A DNA stretch of 64,000 nt. It comes from Paraspadella gotoi. Lineage: Eukaryota; Animalia; Chaetognatha. The DNA lies in contig CM119266.1 of the NCBI GenBank assembly GCA_051294375.1, forward strand, positions 4,320,530 through 4,384,529. The letters run 5' to 3'. Below, one piece after another: positions 49,119-62,775 of this stretch. The position numbers and the translations under genes were made by a program. The first letter of the stretch is position 1; each line of letters begins with the position of its first letter. The notes beneath the pieces were generated by a model. That model was not told the DNA's origin. It saw nothing but the letters and a program-made list of their open reading frames with translations, and searched no databases.

Positions 49119-52100
49119 TCAGCTACTCAAATCAGGATCGTTGTGTTCGACCTGACATCTGCGACACAAATGTCGAATCGCTTGGACGACTTCGCTTTCG
49201 AGAATCGCAGGTCCGCAGTCGGCCAGATTAAGGATGTGAAGTCCAGGCGCCGCGGAGGCCATCTTCAACAGTCCTAGAGATGTAGAAAGATCATTTTATA
49301 GTCAAAACTTAAATCGCGTATGCGCCTTTTTATAAATGTTACAATCTTACCCGCTGGCGTGACCGTCTTGCAGCCAGCCAAAGATAGGCGCCGCAGACTG
49401 GCGCCGCATCCTTGAACGAGCGCCGCAAGACCGGCGTCACTGACGTCGCAACGTCCGGCGTCGAGGGCACGTAGCTTGAAGCAATGACGTCCCAACCAGA
49501 CGAGGGAAGCGTCAGATACGCCACAGCACCCGCGAACGTTTAAATACCTGGAACATAGTTTAGATAATCTTTTTATATAACTGTCGCAACAGCCAACTTT
49601 ATTTTATTGCTAGTCCGGAGTATATTCCGAAATATAATACTTGAGTGAGTGGTCCTTTTATCAAACTTACAATTGAAATACAGAAATGAGATACCCCTTT
49701 TTTGTAATCAGAATCTGTTCCCACAAAACTACCCGATCGAATTTCATGAAATTTTACATGTCCTAATGAAACTAAAATTGAAAATTTTTTTGCTAATTAA
49801 TCGGTGTTTGAAGATGCATGGTTCATCTTTTTTCTCCCAATTTTCCAGAATTATTCCAAATCTGACTCTAACCGCTGATGTTCATGAAGCTGAAACTTAG
49901 GTAAATTAATGAGTAATTAATATTTTTGTGGTAATAAATACGTTTATTAGGAAAAAAAATTTTGAACATTTTTTGCCCCTATGGGGCCCCTCCTGGGGCC
50001 AATTTCTCGGCTCAGGGGTCAAATATTTCATTAAAATCTATTCAGTAGTTTTCTCGTAACGTGTTCTGGTCACAAAAAAGGGGTACCTCATTTTACAATA
50101 TGAAGCCTTCTGTATAGAACTACTTTACTAAAGGGATGTCAGATACACCGGGAGTAAATAAAGTTCACTATGAATCTTGATTGAAAGATTTGCCGGGTCC
50201 TGCTATGTTATTATTTCTTAACCCATTACAGGTTGTCTTAAGATAGCTTACATTGTAACAAATATATAATTTTTATATCGTTTGAAATTTAAAAAAATAA
50301 GGCTACTGATTAGCGCCATCAATCTGACCTCAATTTGTGGCAGTTTTGAGCGACGCATTTGACGCCATCGTCCGAGATAGCGTCGCACTTAGCGGCGCTC
50401 AAGTAGCGCAAGTTTGAACCCAAAATGGTCAGGGCGCGAAGAGACGCGTCCGTTATCTGGGTAAAATGGAAATTAGCGGTCTAACGAAAACTGTTTCTTT
50501 TCAACATTTTTTCTTTTTAACAGTTAAGAAATTTCAGTTAAGAATTGAAATTGATAATATTTAACCTGTTGGCAATCAGCGACGGACACTGCTTGCAAGC
50601 GTCTGCAATTTGTCGTCAGCTGCACGATACCAGAGTCCGTCACATTAGTGCAACGTCGCAAATAAATGTGGGTCAGTTCCGTGCAGTACGTAGTCAGAAT
50701 CTGGAACCGAAAGAATTACATTTGCATAGAATCGATAGATGTAGAATTACATTTTTATTGTAGAAAAAGAGATCTAAATAATCATTAAAAAAAGAATTAT
50801 TATCATGTGAATCGATAATATGCATCAAAGTAATTCAAAGAATTGAGGCACACATCATCTCACCTGAAGACCGCGGTCGTCCAGCGAGGCGCAGTCGCTC
50901 ATGTCGAGATATCGGAGCATCACTTGCCGAGAATCCGCACCGGCGCCGGAGACGGCCAGCGCCATTAGAGCTTCCGGCGTCAGGCCGATGCAACTGACCG
51001 AAGTGCAGCCTAAGAAGACGACAGAGGATTTATGTACAGTACATTGTGCACTAAAGCGTAAAAAAAATATTAAAAGCAAGTATGTAGAATCAAATTCAAA
51101 TATTTATGAACAATTATTTTTTATTTTTCAGTATTCGCATCAACCCTTATTTATACATAATAATTACTCACCATAGAAAAGGTCAAAATTTTTTTTTTTT
51201 TTTTTGAAAAATTTTTTTAGGATTTTGACCCACTTAATCAAATAATTTTCTTTTTATTAACTTTTTGCGAAAAAAAATTAAATAAAATAAAAATTTTGAA
51301 AAGTCTTAATAAATGAATTTTTGATTAATATTTATATTTTATTTTATCAACTTTTTATGAGGAATTCTAATCTGCTTTTAAAACTAAGAACTAACTATTT
51401 TAAAATTTTAAAATATGGGTTAAAGCGAAAATAGAAAAACTTAAATTTTTTTTTTATATATCAATATTATTTAGTTCAAAACTTCATGGTCAACTATTTG
51501 AATTTTGATCTGCAACTTTCACTACGCCTTATTGTACACCCTACTAAATACATACTTTCAAATGAAGATCTCAGTAATCGTAACATTGTAAATTTTTTCG
51601 TCCTGTATGAATCTCTGATATCATGTTGAATACGCAATTCATTTAAATTAGAGAAATTAAAATTTTTCAACTACTACACTCAGAAAAGATTCTTATTTCA
51701 TTTTTAGAGTATTGAAACCATGTAATAAAAGTTGATGGAACTTCGTAATAATCGTAATATGTACGCCGTCGCCTGAATCCCTTACCCGCCAAATCGAGTC
51801 GTTCCAAATTAGTACACGTGGACACGACAGCGAAGAGACCAGAGTTGGTGACGTTGAGGCATCCGACGAGAGAGAGGAAACGAAGCTCGGGACAAGATCG
51901 AGAGAGAACAAGGACGCCCTCGTCGGTTAATAAACGACAACCTGGAAACGAGAAATTATTACTCTATAATTTTTACAACCATTATAAAAATTATCCATTC
52001 ATTAACTAAATAAACTATTTTCCCTTCGGACTTTGGGCAGACTTGCTACCTACTATCATCTAATGATCTATGAAAAGACAGCTGCGGGGCGAGAAGCCTC

Positions 52101-55047
52101 TTTCAGCCAACTTGTAGTTATTTGACTTTTATTTATAGTTTTTAAACCAGTCAGACGGAAAATTGCCCTAGATTTACTCATTGCTCTTTTATTGTATTGA
52201 CCATTTGTCTATAGTAATTACTATTCAACTAATTCCTACAACGACGAATACTTCTGACTCTGAGTAAGTTCAGACATGCTGCGTACGGACCCGAAAGATC
52301 GACGCTTTCTAGTGTCAAACAGACGTTTGGCGTTTCCCGCGAGAGGCGCCGCGTGAGTTGAATGACGGCGGCGTCAACGTTGAGATCCGCGTCGTGCAGT
52401 TCCAGCGCCGTCCACTTTTGCGGCGCCCAAATCACAGAGTGCCATCTGCGGTACCAAATAATAAGGCGTATAAATCTTTACATAGAAAAAAATAATAATA
52501 GACATATCGTCGCATTTAAATTAACAATTATTAAATTTCTCGTCCCAAAATTAGATATATACGCTTTCGTAGCCATTTATCAATGATTATTGATACGTAT
52601 ATATCTAATTTTGTGACGAGAAATGTAATCATTGTTACTTTAAACCATTGATATACCTTGAATTTACCTTTTGCAAACCCTCGACGCTCGCACGATTTCC
52701 TGGGTCGGCAGCAAAGCGAAAATCTTCCACATCTCGTCGTCGCTCAATTTCCCGAAGAGACTCTTGTCCTCTCGTCGCAGCGGGAGATCCGCATCCTCCG
52801 CTCCCGCCGCCGCCGAGCGGAATCCCTGCCGCGCTCGAGGCGAGTGGGCGTGGCGCCATTGTAGCTGCTGTTGGTCCCGCGGCAGAAAAGCTTCGTCGTA
52901 AGCGGAGATAGCTGGATGCTGTGTCGGCAGACCGCCCGGCGGACGCGGCGGCAGCGTCGGCGGTCCACCGGGTCCGTGGTCCGCTTCTCCGGAGTGGGTG
53001 GAGTGAAGGGAGAAGGCCGAGTGACCGGATCGGTTCGATCGGCCTCCGGATGATCCGCCGGAGTGACCCGGCTCTGAACTCCGGCCGGAAAAGCGGAGGC
53101 TGTCGACGCAGCCGCTGTCGTAGGTCGCCGACGCGCCGGAGTTGGAATCCTCGCTTCGCCACCAGGATGAGGTGTCGCTGATTCCTGGAAAACATGAAAC
53201 GTGACACACAGTTGAAATAATTTGAAAACTATTTTAAAATTTAATTACTATATACGTAAATTGGAGTTCGTTCGGCATAAAATACCGCAATAATAACGGC
53301 GATAAGTATTTATGGCTTTTTATATCAAATCCCGGGGTTTGAGTAATTATCATAGATTATTTCCTCTCCTGAGCCAATTTATGATCGGACTCCCTCTATA
53401 TCGACTTTTAAGGCTTAAGCATAAAAAATTATTTGGGACAGAAAAGGGAGAAATTTTGATGGACAGAAGCGTCAAAAAAGATCTTTTCGGCGATTAATTT
53501 CGAGTTTTCCCCCGCCCCCCGTCGCGCTTTGTTTCATTTGTTGGTTTTTGTAAAAAGATATTGAAAAGTCGAGAGGAATAACAAAGTAGACGCGCACGCA
53601 AACCCAGAGTCCAGAGAGAGAGAGAGAGAGTAATTGGAGAAAAGGCTATGAAAAGAAAAAAAGAGAACAAAACCCTGTCTCTGTTGAGTATCGAATGTTG
53701 TTCTTTTTCGCTGGAGGGGTAAGGAAAGAAAAAGAAAGAAAACATGATACAAAGAAATGAAATAGAATAAGAAAGTATGGTGAAAGCTTTAAAAAATAAT
53801 AAAATAAAAAAAGAAAGAAATGCAAGAAAGGAAAAAAGTAAGACGGAACATTGAAATTGGATAAAATAATAATAAAAAAAAATAAAGAAAAATTAAAAGT
53901 AATAAAACAGAAAAAAGAAAGACAGAAAGAATAGAAAGAGAAAAACAGAAAAAGGAGAAGGGAAGCGGAAAAAATCGATGCATTGCGCCGACCGCAGTTT
54001 TTGCTGCGGGACAAAGAAAATCGATAAGAGTTAGTGACAAAGAAAACAGAGAGGGACGGAGACTAAACAATTAAAATCACATCTCGAAAAAGAAAAATCG
54101 AAACTGAGATATGTTTGCATATGGATTTCTACGACAGAGGCCGACGGATAAAGGGTTTGAAACCGACGCCGAAAGAATTGTTATAGTTTGTCGTTCTGCA
54201 ACCGACGATTCGAGAGTTAATTGCAAAAAGAGTTAATCGTAAGGCTGGGATGGGATGTAAATTAATTTATAACAAATGGATTTTAAAGCTGAAAATTGCA
54301 ACATTACAATTACATTACGATCTTACATGATTTGATATATTAATAATAAATATCGGCATTCACCTGTCGGTGATTCCATCTCGTCTCCTTTCGATCTCTG
54401 ATTATAAGGTTTAAACGCGGAGATCCTGCGTCCCTGCGGCTGCTGCTGCTGAAGCGCCACCATTTCGACGGCGGGATCGTAGCGAACCGGACCGGGAGGC
54501 GTGACGAGACCGCCGGGGTAGTAACTCGGATTCGCCTCGAGGTTGCCATGGAAACCGGGGGGCGTTGCCCTGGCAGCGTCACGATGACGCCAATTAGCCG
54601 CCACCATCTCTTGTTCGCGTTTGGAGAGACCGCGTTTGGCGAGGCTGAGGCTGCAGGGGAGATCCTGTGTTAAGGGGAGAGGGAAGTTCAAAGATCAAGA
54701 TCACTTTAGTTAAGTATTACATGAGCTCATTTGAATCCTTTGTACTTCTTAACAATATTAATAAAAACAGAAAAATGGAACTTCATGTAAAACGGAATAT
54801 ATATTTATAAACATTTTTTAAAATTGACTACAAAATGCAAATGAGATTGATGACTTAAAATTTAAATATTAGAAATTTTAAAAACCGCGCCCACGCCCAC
54901 CTGAAACGACGTCGTCTGAGTCCCGTCGACGATCACGTCCGCCTCAACGTGAAACTGCGCGCCGGTCGGCGACGGCGTCTGATTGGTCGACGCCGCGTCC
55001 AGCGAAATTCTTGCTCGCTGATTGGTCGACGCCGCGTCCAGCGACAT
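49119..55047 (-). CDS. FBXL7: F-box/LRR-repeat protein 7-like; 5' end uncertain (may extend upstream)
   Basis: F-box LSDDEMWKIFALLPTQEIVRASRVCKRW, LTRRLSRETPNVCLTLE, Cys-containing LRRs (LRYLDMSDC, LTHIYLRRC, LRYLNVRGC) and C-terminal CRRCQVEHNDP. At least 10 in-phase exons. Low-complexity N-terminal exons at 54363-54664 and from 54901 upward. Confidence 0.9.
49684..50093. mobile_element. MITE-like element (~410 bp) in an FBXL7 intron
   Basis: Imperfect ~30-bp inverted ends AAATGAGATACCCCTTTTTTGTAATCAGAA / TTCTGGTCACAAAAAAGGGGTACCTCATTT. No clear TSD. Confidence 0.55.
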
Positions 55048-55068
55048 TCTTGCTCGCTGATTGGTCAA
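54981..55068. repeat. 39-bp tandem repeat (~2.2 copies)
   Basis: GATTGGTCGACGCCGCGTCCAGCGA(A/C)ATTCTTGCTCGCT x2, then GATTGGTC. Confidence 0.9.
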
Positions 55069-55796
55069 GATCGGCGGCGCCGCTTCTTCGCAGTGGAATC
55101 TCGCGCGGTTTTGATGATGGTGAGGATTTAGACGAGGGACTAGATGAGCAGCGGCCGAAGGGGTGGATTCTCCGGATAGCGGGGGTGGTGGGTCGGGGGA
55201 GAGTGGCGGGGGTGTTGAGATGGATAGCGGGGTGGTTGGGATGATGGAGAAGAGCTGGAGGATCCAGGGAAGGCGATGTGGTCGAGTGAGTGACCATCGC
55301 GTCGCCGGTCATTTCTGGGGGGAAAAAGGAAAAAAGAATAATTGATATTTTTATTTTTATTTCTTGAACAAATTAACAGGTCACCAATTTTGAAAGTTAA
55401 AAAGTAGAAAAATAGGTGAACATAATGGTTACCTACAAACAGATTAAATTTGGCATATAGGTTTAGAGACCGATCTAATATAAAACAAATTTTATCTTAA
55501 TTATAAATTCTCTAGAACAAGATACATAAAGCAAAACATATGAATGTTGAAAGGAAATGTAAGACGCATTCGTGTTACTATACACCAAAGCTCACTGTAG
55601 CACGAACGGCACAACCTTCTCTCCCGCCCACCAATTATCACAGCCATCACATATATCACAAATGTTTCGTGAAACGTGGCTCCCGAAAAACGGTTTCCTC
55701 ACTCGACGAAACTCTTACTCCAGCCTTATCCTTTTTACTCATTCGAGCAACGCGGAAAACGAATAATTCAAACGCTAAACGAGATCTCGTAACAGC

Positions 55797-55905
<109 letters not shown>

Positions 55906-56044
55906 AACCGCCGACGGGATAATGATGCCCGCTTTTCGGCTCCCGTCGTCAGAGGAGCGCGTGTGCTAGTTTAGCGTGTACAGCATGCACGCATTTGCGT
56001 GAGTGCGTGAGTCGAGACGACCGAAGGAAATGGTGAATGCGATA

Positions 56045-56285
56045 ATGCGGGGCGTCACAAAATGCGGGGCGTCCCAAAATGAGTAGCGTAAGAAAATTCC
56101 ACACGGTCCAAAATGCGGCACCCCTAAAATGAACGGAATTTCAAAATTCGCCGCGGTGCTCCAAAATGCGGAGCGCACACAGAAATGCGCTAAAATACGA
56201 AAATGCGCGGCACCAGAAAATTCGCGGCACCCGAAAATGCGCGGAACACGAAAATGCGCGGCGCCAGAGAAACGCGGTTCCAAAC
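56045..56285. repeat. Degenerate ~20-bp minisatellite (AAAATGCG(C)GGCACCC-like, ~11 units)
   Basis: AAAATGCG/AAAATTCG recurs about every 20 bp. Confidence 0.8.
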
Positions 56286-56496
56286 AAATTTCTCGTTTCT
56301 CGTGGTTGTTCATGCGGAAGAGAGATAGGACAGAGAGAGGGAGAGAGGGAGAGAGAGAGAGAGAGAGAAGGGAGAGAAGATGAGAGAGAATTTTCCTCGC
56401 CGAAAATTTCGAGCCAGAAAATTCCGGAGCTGAGACTTTAATCGACCGAAAATTTAAGGGAAAGAAAGAAAAGTCTTTAGTTTAGAGAAAAGAATG

Positions 56497-56583
<87 letters not shown>

Positions 56584-59500
56584 AGACAGGAAGAATGAAA
56601 GAGAGAGATATGTAGAGAGAGGGAGAGTGAATTTTAAATAACAAAAATCTTTTTAGGGATAACGAATTATGAAAATAAGTTGTTATTCGTGATTTGAGAT
56701 TAAATCGCAAAGTTTCTTAATTTAAATTAATTTCTTTATTAGTTTTCAAAGTAAGATTATAAGCAAAGTGAGAAAGCATGTGGGAAGAGAAAGATATAAA
56801 GAAAAAAAAAGAAAGAAAAGGGAAAGAAGGAAAAAGGAGCAGAGTTGAATACACGAATAAGAAAAGAAAAGAAGAGATATGTGTTGTGGTAAAGAAAAAA
56901 GAAAGGGAGGAAAAAAGGAATAAGAAAAGAAGAAACGAAAAAAAGAAGAACAACAAAAAACAAGTAAAAAACAAGTGGAAATAAGAGGATTTAATGAGAT
57001 AATACAAAAAAAGTAATAAGTAAAAAGTGCAAAAAAAGTAGAGAACAAAAAATAAATTACAAAACAGATGGAAATAGATGGAATCTTGGAAAGAAAGAAA
57101 AAAGAAAAAAATATTAAAATAACCGAACGAAACGAAAATAGAAAAGAGATTAAAAAAAATATAAAAAAGCGGGGGAAAAAAATTAACAAAAATAATAATC
57201 AAATGTTTTTGGGAGAAGAAAGGAAACAAAGGGCGTCGGTAAAGAAAAAAAAACAAAAAACTTTAAGAATTAAAATGGCGCCGGAAAAATAAAAGTGAAT
57301 AGAAATGAATTTGTTGAACCCAAAAAAAGGTATCGGGTTCCGGAAAATAGTCTCGTTTTGAAACCGGATGAGGCAGAAAAAAAAGTGGCGTCGCTTTTCA
57401 CGCGTCAATAAACCACTTTGCGCACGCATAGTCACCCGTTCGATTTCAGGGAATTGTTCCGCTTTTTACCTCGCCCTGGCAGCTCCGCGGCACGGTGGAC
57501 AGGCGATATGCGGCAGTGCACGGCGTCGGCAGCTGCACCGGCAGCGGCTCCGACGGAATCGGTGAGTGTCGAATATCAATTCCCTAACAATATCTAAATA
57601 TATATACATTAGTTAATTAATAATCATAGAGAAAGCGCTTTCGTTTCATAACCTCGGGAAATGTTCGTCTGATTCCTTTTATGTCGTTTATGATTACGTT
57701 GTTAACAATTACGTGCTCGCGTTGTACATTGCGCGCGCGCTAGAAAACTTNNNNNNNNNNNNNNNNNNNNNNNNNNNNNNNNNNNNNNNNNNNNNNNNNN
57801 NNNNNNNNNNNNNNNNNNNNNNNNNNNNNNNNNNNNNNNNNNNNNNNNNNNNNNNNNNNNNNNNNNNNNNNNNNNNNNNNNNNNNNNNNNNNNNNNNNNN
57901 NNNNNNNNNNNNNNNNNNNNNNNNNNNNNNNNNNNNNNNNNNNNNNNNNNNNNNNNNNNNNNNNNNNNNNNNNNNNNNNNNNNNNNNNNNNNNNNNNNNN
58001 NNNNNNNNNNNNNNNNNNNNNNNNNNNNNNNNNNNNNNNNNNNNNNNNNNNNNNNNNNNNNNNNNNNNNNNNNNNNNNNNNNNNNNNNNNNNNNNNNNNN
58101 NNNNNNNNNNNNNNNNNNNNNNNNNNNNNNNNNNNNNNNNNNNNNNNNNNNNNNNNNNNNNNNNNNNNNNNNNNNNNNNNNNNNNNNNNNNNNNNNNNNN
58201 NNNNNNNNNNNNNNNNNNNNNNNNNNNNNNNNNNNNNNNNNNNNNNNNNNNNNNNNNNNNNNNNNNNNNNNNNNNNNNNNNNNNNNNNNNNNNNNNNNNN
58301 NNNNNNNNNNNNNNNNNNNNNNNNNNNNNNNNNNNNNNNNNNNNNNNNNNNNNNNNNNNNNNNNNNNNNNNNNNNNNNNNNNNNNNNNNNNNNNNNNNNN
58401 NNNNNNNNNNNNNNNNNNNNNNNNNNNNNNNNNNNNNNNNNNNNNNNNNNNNNNNNNNNNNNNNNNNNNNNNNNNNNNNNNNNNNNNNNNNNNNNNNNNN
58501 NNNNNNNNNNNNNNNNNNNNNNNNNNNNNNNNNNNNNNNNNNNNNNNNNNNNNNNNNNNCAGCAGAAGGGTCAGTCCGCAGCCAAGAGGTCACGTCCGTC
58601 CGTATTTCCGACTCTAATCTTCTCCGTCGAAATTTAGGGGGACGGACGTTCGGACGGGAGTACAAACGGACGGACGGACAAACGGGCGGACCGAACTCGC
58701 GATATTCCAATTGGCGATTCCGATTTGTCGGACTGACGACGCGTCTCGCGTTTCATTATTCAATTCCTTATTTGTTCAGATTCGGAAAAACAAATTGGTT
58801 ATCGATGAATCAAATTACATACGGAAGAGAGAATCGAGGTTATTAAATCGATTGCCCTTTTGTTCGAATTAGAAAAAAATCCTCTTTTTTCGGTAATTTA
58901 TTGTTGTTTTTTTTTAGTTTGAAGTAATTAGTCGAGACTAGAAACAACTATAAATTTATTTCATTACTCGAAACAATAGTAAAAGCCAATTAATATTCAC
59001 GGCCGTTACCAGTTGCGGCCGTCCTTAGATCCGTGCGAAGTTATTGTTAATTATTAACTAAAAAAAATGTTTTTGGCGGAAAATTAAGCGTATTTTCCAT
59101 TTTTTTTCGTAATTAAATCTCAGTTATTTTTTTTAAGTTGTCTTTTTTCCATTTGCGGATTCGGTCCAACAAAAAGTGGAGTTCCATTCATGATGCTTCC
59201 GTCCATNNNNNNNNNNNNNNNNNNNNNNNNNNNNNNNNNNNNNNNNNNNNNNNNNNNNNNNNNNNNNNNNNNNNNNNNNNNNNNNNNNNNNNNNNNNNNN
59301 NNNNNNNNNNNNNNNNNNNNNNNNNNNNNNNNNNNNNNNNNNNNNNNNNNNNNNNNNNNNNNNNNNNNNNNNNNNNNNNNNNNNNNNNNNNNNNNNNNNN
59401 NNNNNNNNNNNNNNNNNNNNNNNNNNNNNNNNNNCGACCAATCGCGTCGCGCGGAAACTTGAGGCCAATCGCAGTGACGAAGAAGCGGAACGCGACGAGC

Positions 59501-60058
59501 CAACGACGGACGACAATCCGTTTTCTTTTATTTTTTTTTCGGATGACACCGAATTCTCAATCGAAGAGCAGCCGACCAATAGCATCTTCGATCGGGCGAC
59601 AGATTATCCAATCAGAGGCGTCGAAAAGCGATTGTAACTCCGATGAGCGACGCGATGTCAAACTTCCATGAGTCTCTCTCTCTCTCTCTNNNNNNNNNNN
59701 NNNNNNNNNNNNNNNNNNNNNNNNNNNNNNNNNNNNNNNNNNNNNNNNNNNNNNNNNNNNNNNNNNNNNNNNNNNNNNNNNNNNNNNNNNNNNNNNNNNN
59801 NNNNNNNNNNNNNNNNNNNNNNNNNNNNNNNNNNNNNNNNNNNNNNNNNNNNNNNNNNNNNNNNNNNNNNNNNNNNNNNNNNNNNNNNNNNNNNNNNNNN
59901 NNNNNNNNNNNNNNNNNNNNNNNNNNNNNNNNNNNNNNNNNNNNNNNNNNNNNNNNNNNNNNNNNNNNNNNNNNNNNNNNNNNNNNNNNNNNNTTTTTTT
60001 TTTTTTTTGCTTTTTTCTGCTTCATTCGTTTTTTCTGCTTTTTAATGGAAGGTCGTCT

Positions 60059-60560
60059 ATGTGTTATGGACTATGAGCGATGGACTATGAGCGAAGGACT
60101 ATGAGCGATGGACTATGTGTTACGGTCCTTGGCCAAGCGCGTCCCAATGCCGATAGAGGGGGTTGCGAAAAATCGTTGCGAAGGCGAGTCGCTGTCTAAG
60201 TCGTTTCATTCATTCATACATATATACATTACATATGTAGGGCTTCGCAAATAAAAAATAACTATTAAGTTGGAGCAGGGATTGCAAAAGCGTTGCAAAG
60301 CGTAGCAATGGCATCGAAAAACGTTTCAAAGCGTAGCAAAGGCATCGAAAAGAGTTGCAAAACCATCGAAAAGCGTAGCGAAGGCTTTGAGAAATCGTTT
60401 TGAAAAGCATAAAAAACTTTTGATCTAACTTTGTCCGGACATTAAAAGAGAAAACTAGATTTTTTTAAGGAGTCTATACTTGCAAATAGGGTTGGATTTG
60501 AGGCCAAGAGCGTTAGATTTGAGTCCAAGAGCGTTGGATTTGAGGCCAAGAGGGTTGGGG
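60059..60560. repeat. Cluster of short tandem repeats (14-bp GGACTATGAGCGAT, GCGTWGCAAA units, 20-bp GGATTTGAGGCCAAGAGCGTT-like)
   Basis: Read directly at ~60068-60118, ~60280-60385 and ~60490-60557. Confidence 0.75.
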
Positions 60561-61172
60561 GAAAACGCTCTTGCCTGAGACGAGGCTTAATTAGTAGAGG
60601 CAGCCAAAGGTAGTCTCCGTTACAGGGTGAAACACTACAAGGTGAGACGCTACAAAGGGCTGCTCGTCTAAATCGGGTTCATAGGAAGGATGCAAGGAAA
60701 AGCGGAGAGCGAATAGGGGGAGAGTTTCTATCATCAGTAAAANNNNNNNNNNNNNNNNNNNNNNNNNNNNNNNNNNNNNNNNNNNNNNNNNNNNNNNNNN
60801 NNNNNNNNNNNNNNNNNNNNNNNNNNNNNNNNNNNNNNNNNNNNNNNNNNNNNNNNNNNNNNNNNNNNNNNNNNNNNNNNNNNNNNNNNNNNNNNNNNNN
60901 NNNNNNNNNNNNNNNNNNNNNNNNNNNNNNNNNNNNNNNNNNNNNNNNNNNNNNNNNNNNNNNNNNNNNNNNNNNNNNNNNNNNNNNNNNNNNNNNNNNN
61001 NNNNNNNNNNNNNNNNNNNNNNNNNGTCGTCGTCGTCGTCGATTCCTTCACCAGAAAATTCGGCGTCGTTGATTTTACGTCTTCGTCGAGATTTCGATTC
61101 GTGGAGTCGATGTTTATGATCGACGACGACGACGACGACGACAAGTCAGAAAATTGAATTCTGACGCTTTCC

Positions 61173-61208
<36 letters not shown>

Positions 61209-61629
61209 TGTCCTTCAGAAACAGATTGAAAATTTAATCTCGTGGCAACAAAATATTCGCGTTAATTGGTTGGGAAGAAAAGGGAAGCGGATCGGGTCCG
61301 CGTCGTCTGTCTGTCTTTCTTTCTTTCTTTCTTTCTTTCTTTCNNNNNNNNNNNNNNNNNNNNNNNNNNNNNNNNNNNNNNNNNNNNNNNNNNNNNNNNN
61401 NNNNNNNNNNNNNNNNNNNNNNNNNNNNNNNNNNNNNNNNNNNNNNNNNNNNNNNNNNNNNNNNNNNNNNNNNNNNNNNNNNNNNNNNNNNNNNNNNNNN
61501 NNNNNNNNNNNNNNNNNNNNNNNNNNNNNNNNNNNNNNNNNNNNNNNNNNNNNNNNNNNNNNNNNNNNNNNNNNNNNNNNNNNNNNNNNNNNNNNNNNNN
61601 NNNNNNNNNNNNNNNNNNNNNNNNNNNNN

Positions 61630-61845
61630 CGCCGCCGCCGCCGCCGCCGCCGCAGCCGCATCTCTTCCTGCCGCCGCTTGACGATGATGGTGAATCCGTT
61701 GGTTCCTTATTTGGTGATGGTGATTGCGCGGGAAATGAGGGTGGGTGGGGTTGTGGTGGTTACGCAGGTGGTTGAGGTGGTGGGCGTGGAGCCTCGTTTC
61801 CGTGGATGACGTCATCGCTTCGTCTTCGTCGAGTGGAATCGTCTG
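61630..61845 (-). CDS. Probable His-rich/poly-Ala exon, running into a gap; parent gene unknown
   Basis: Acceptor TTTTCCTTTCAG, then QTIPLDEDEAMTSSTETRLHAHHLNHLRNHHNPTHPHFPRNHHHQ...AAAAAAA. CpG-rich like the other exons. Confidence 0.4.
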
Positions 61846-62461
61846 CTGAAAGGAAAAACCCGAAGGTTCATCAATCATTTGTGAGAGAGAAAAGAGGGAG
61901 ACCGAAAGGAACGATGAGAATTAGTTATAGCAATGAATTGTTAAGTGTTATGGACTGATAAATTATATTAAATGGGTACAAAGATTATCCATTCTTTCGA
62001 TAATAGGACATAATACAGCTTTTATTTGCAATCAAACTCCAGTTTATTAACTCTCAATAAAGTGGTATAATATTATTATGTCGTATTATGATTGTATAAG
62101 AAATGAAAAGAACCAGTCCTGTATTTAAAGGTTTTTCAAGATATATAGTTTTGCACTGCTTGGGTTGTCATTCGTTTTTATTAGGCCTCGCTTTAAACCT
62201 CATTTGCATATTAGTTTAATTTTCAAAAGATGATAGGAAAAAGAAAAAGAAATAAGTAAAAGTAAATGTAATTCAATTAAAAAGACTGACGGACAGAGAA
62301 CCAGATTAAAAAGACTGACGGACTGAGAACCAGATGCACCGAATTGACTCAAGCGAAACTAAAAAACAATAAAACTGATAAACACGTAACATGAAACAGA
62401 AAAATCAAAAGTTATCTTGAACAAAAGACAATTGATCGTAAAACCCTAAAGGATAAACGAG

Positions 62462-62548
62462 CTTCCACCGATTCCACCAATTCCACTGAATCCGCCGATT
62501 CCACCAATTCTACCGATTCCACCGATTCCACCGATTCCACCAATTCCA
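62462..62548. repeat. 9-bp tandem repeat (TTCCACCRA)n abutting an assembly gap
   Basis: Read directly. Confidence 0.9.
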
Positions 62549-62744
62549 NNNNNNNNNNNNNNNNNNNNNNNNNNNNNNNNNNNNNNNNNNNNNNNNNNNN
62601 NNNNNNNNNNNNNNNNNNNNNNNNNNNNNNNNNNNNNNNNNNNNNNNNNNNNNNNNNNNNNNNNNNNNNNNNNNNNNNNNNNNNNNNNNNNNNNNNNNNN
62701 NNNNNNNNNNNNNNNNNNNNNNNNNNNNNNNNNNNNNNNNNNNN

Positions 62745-62775
<31 letters not shown>

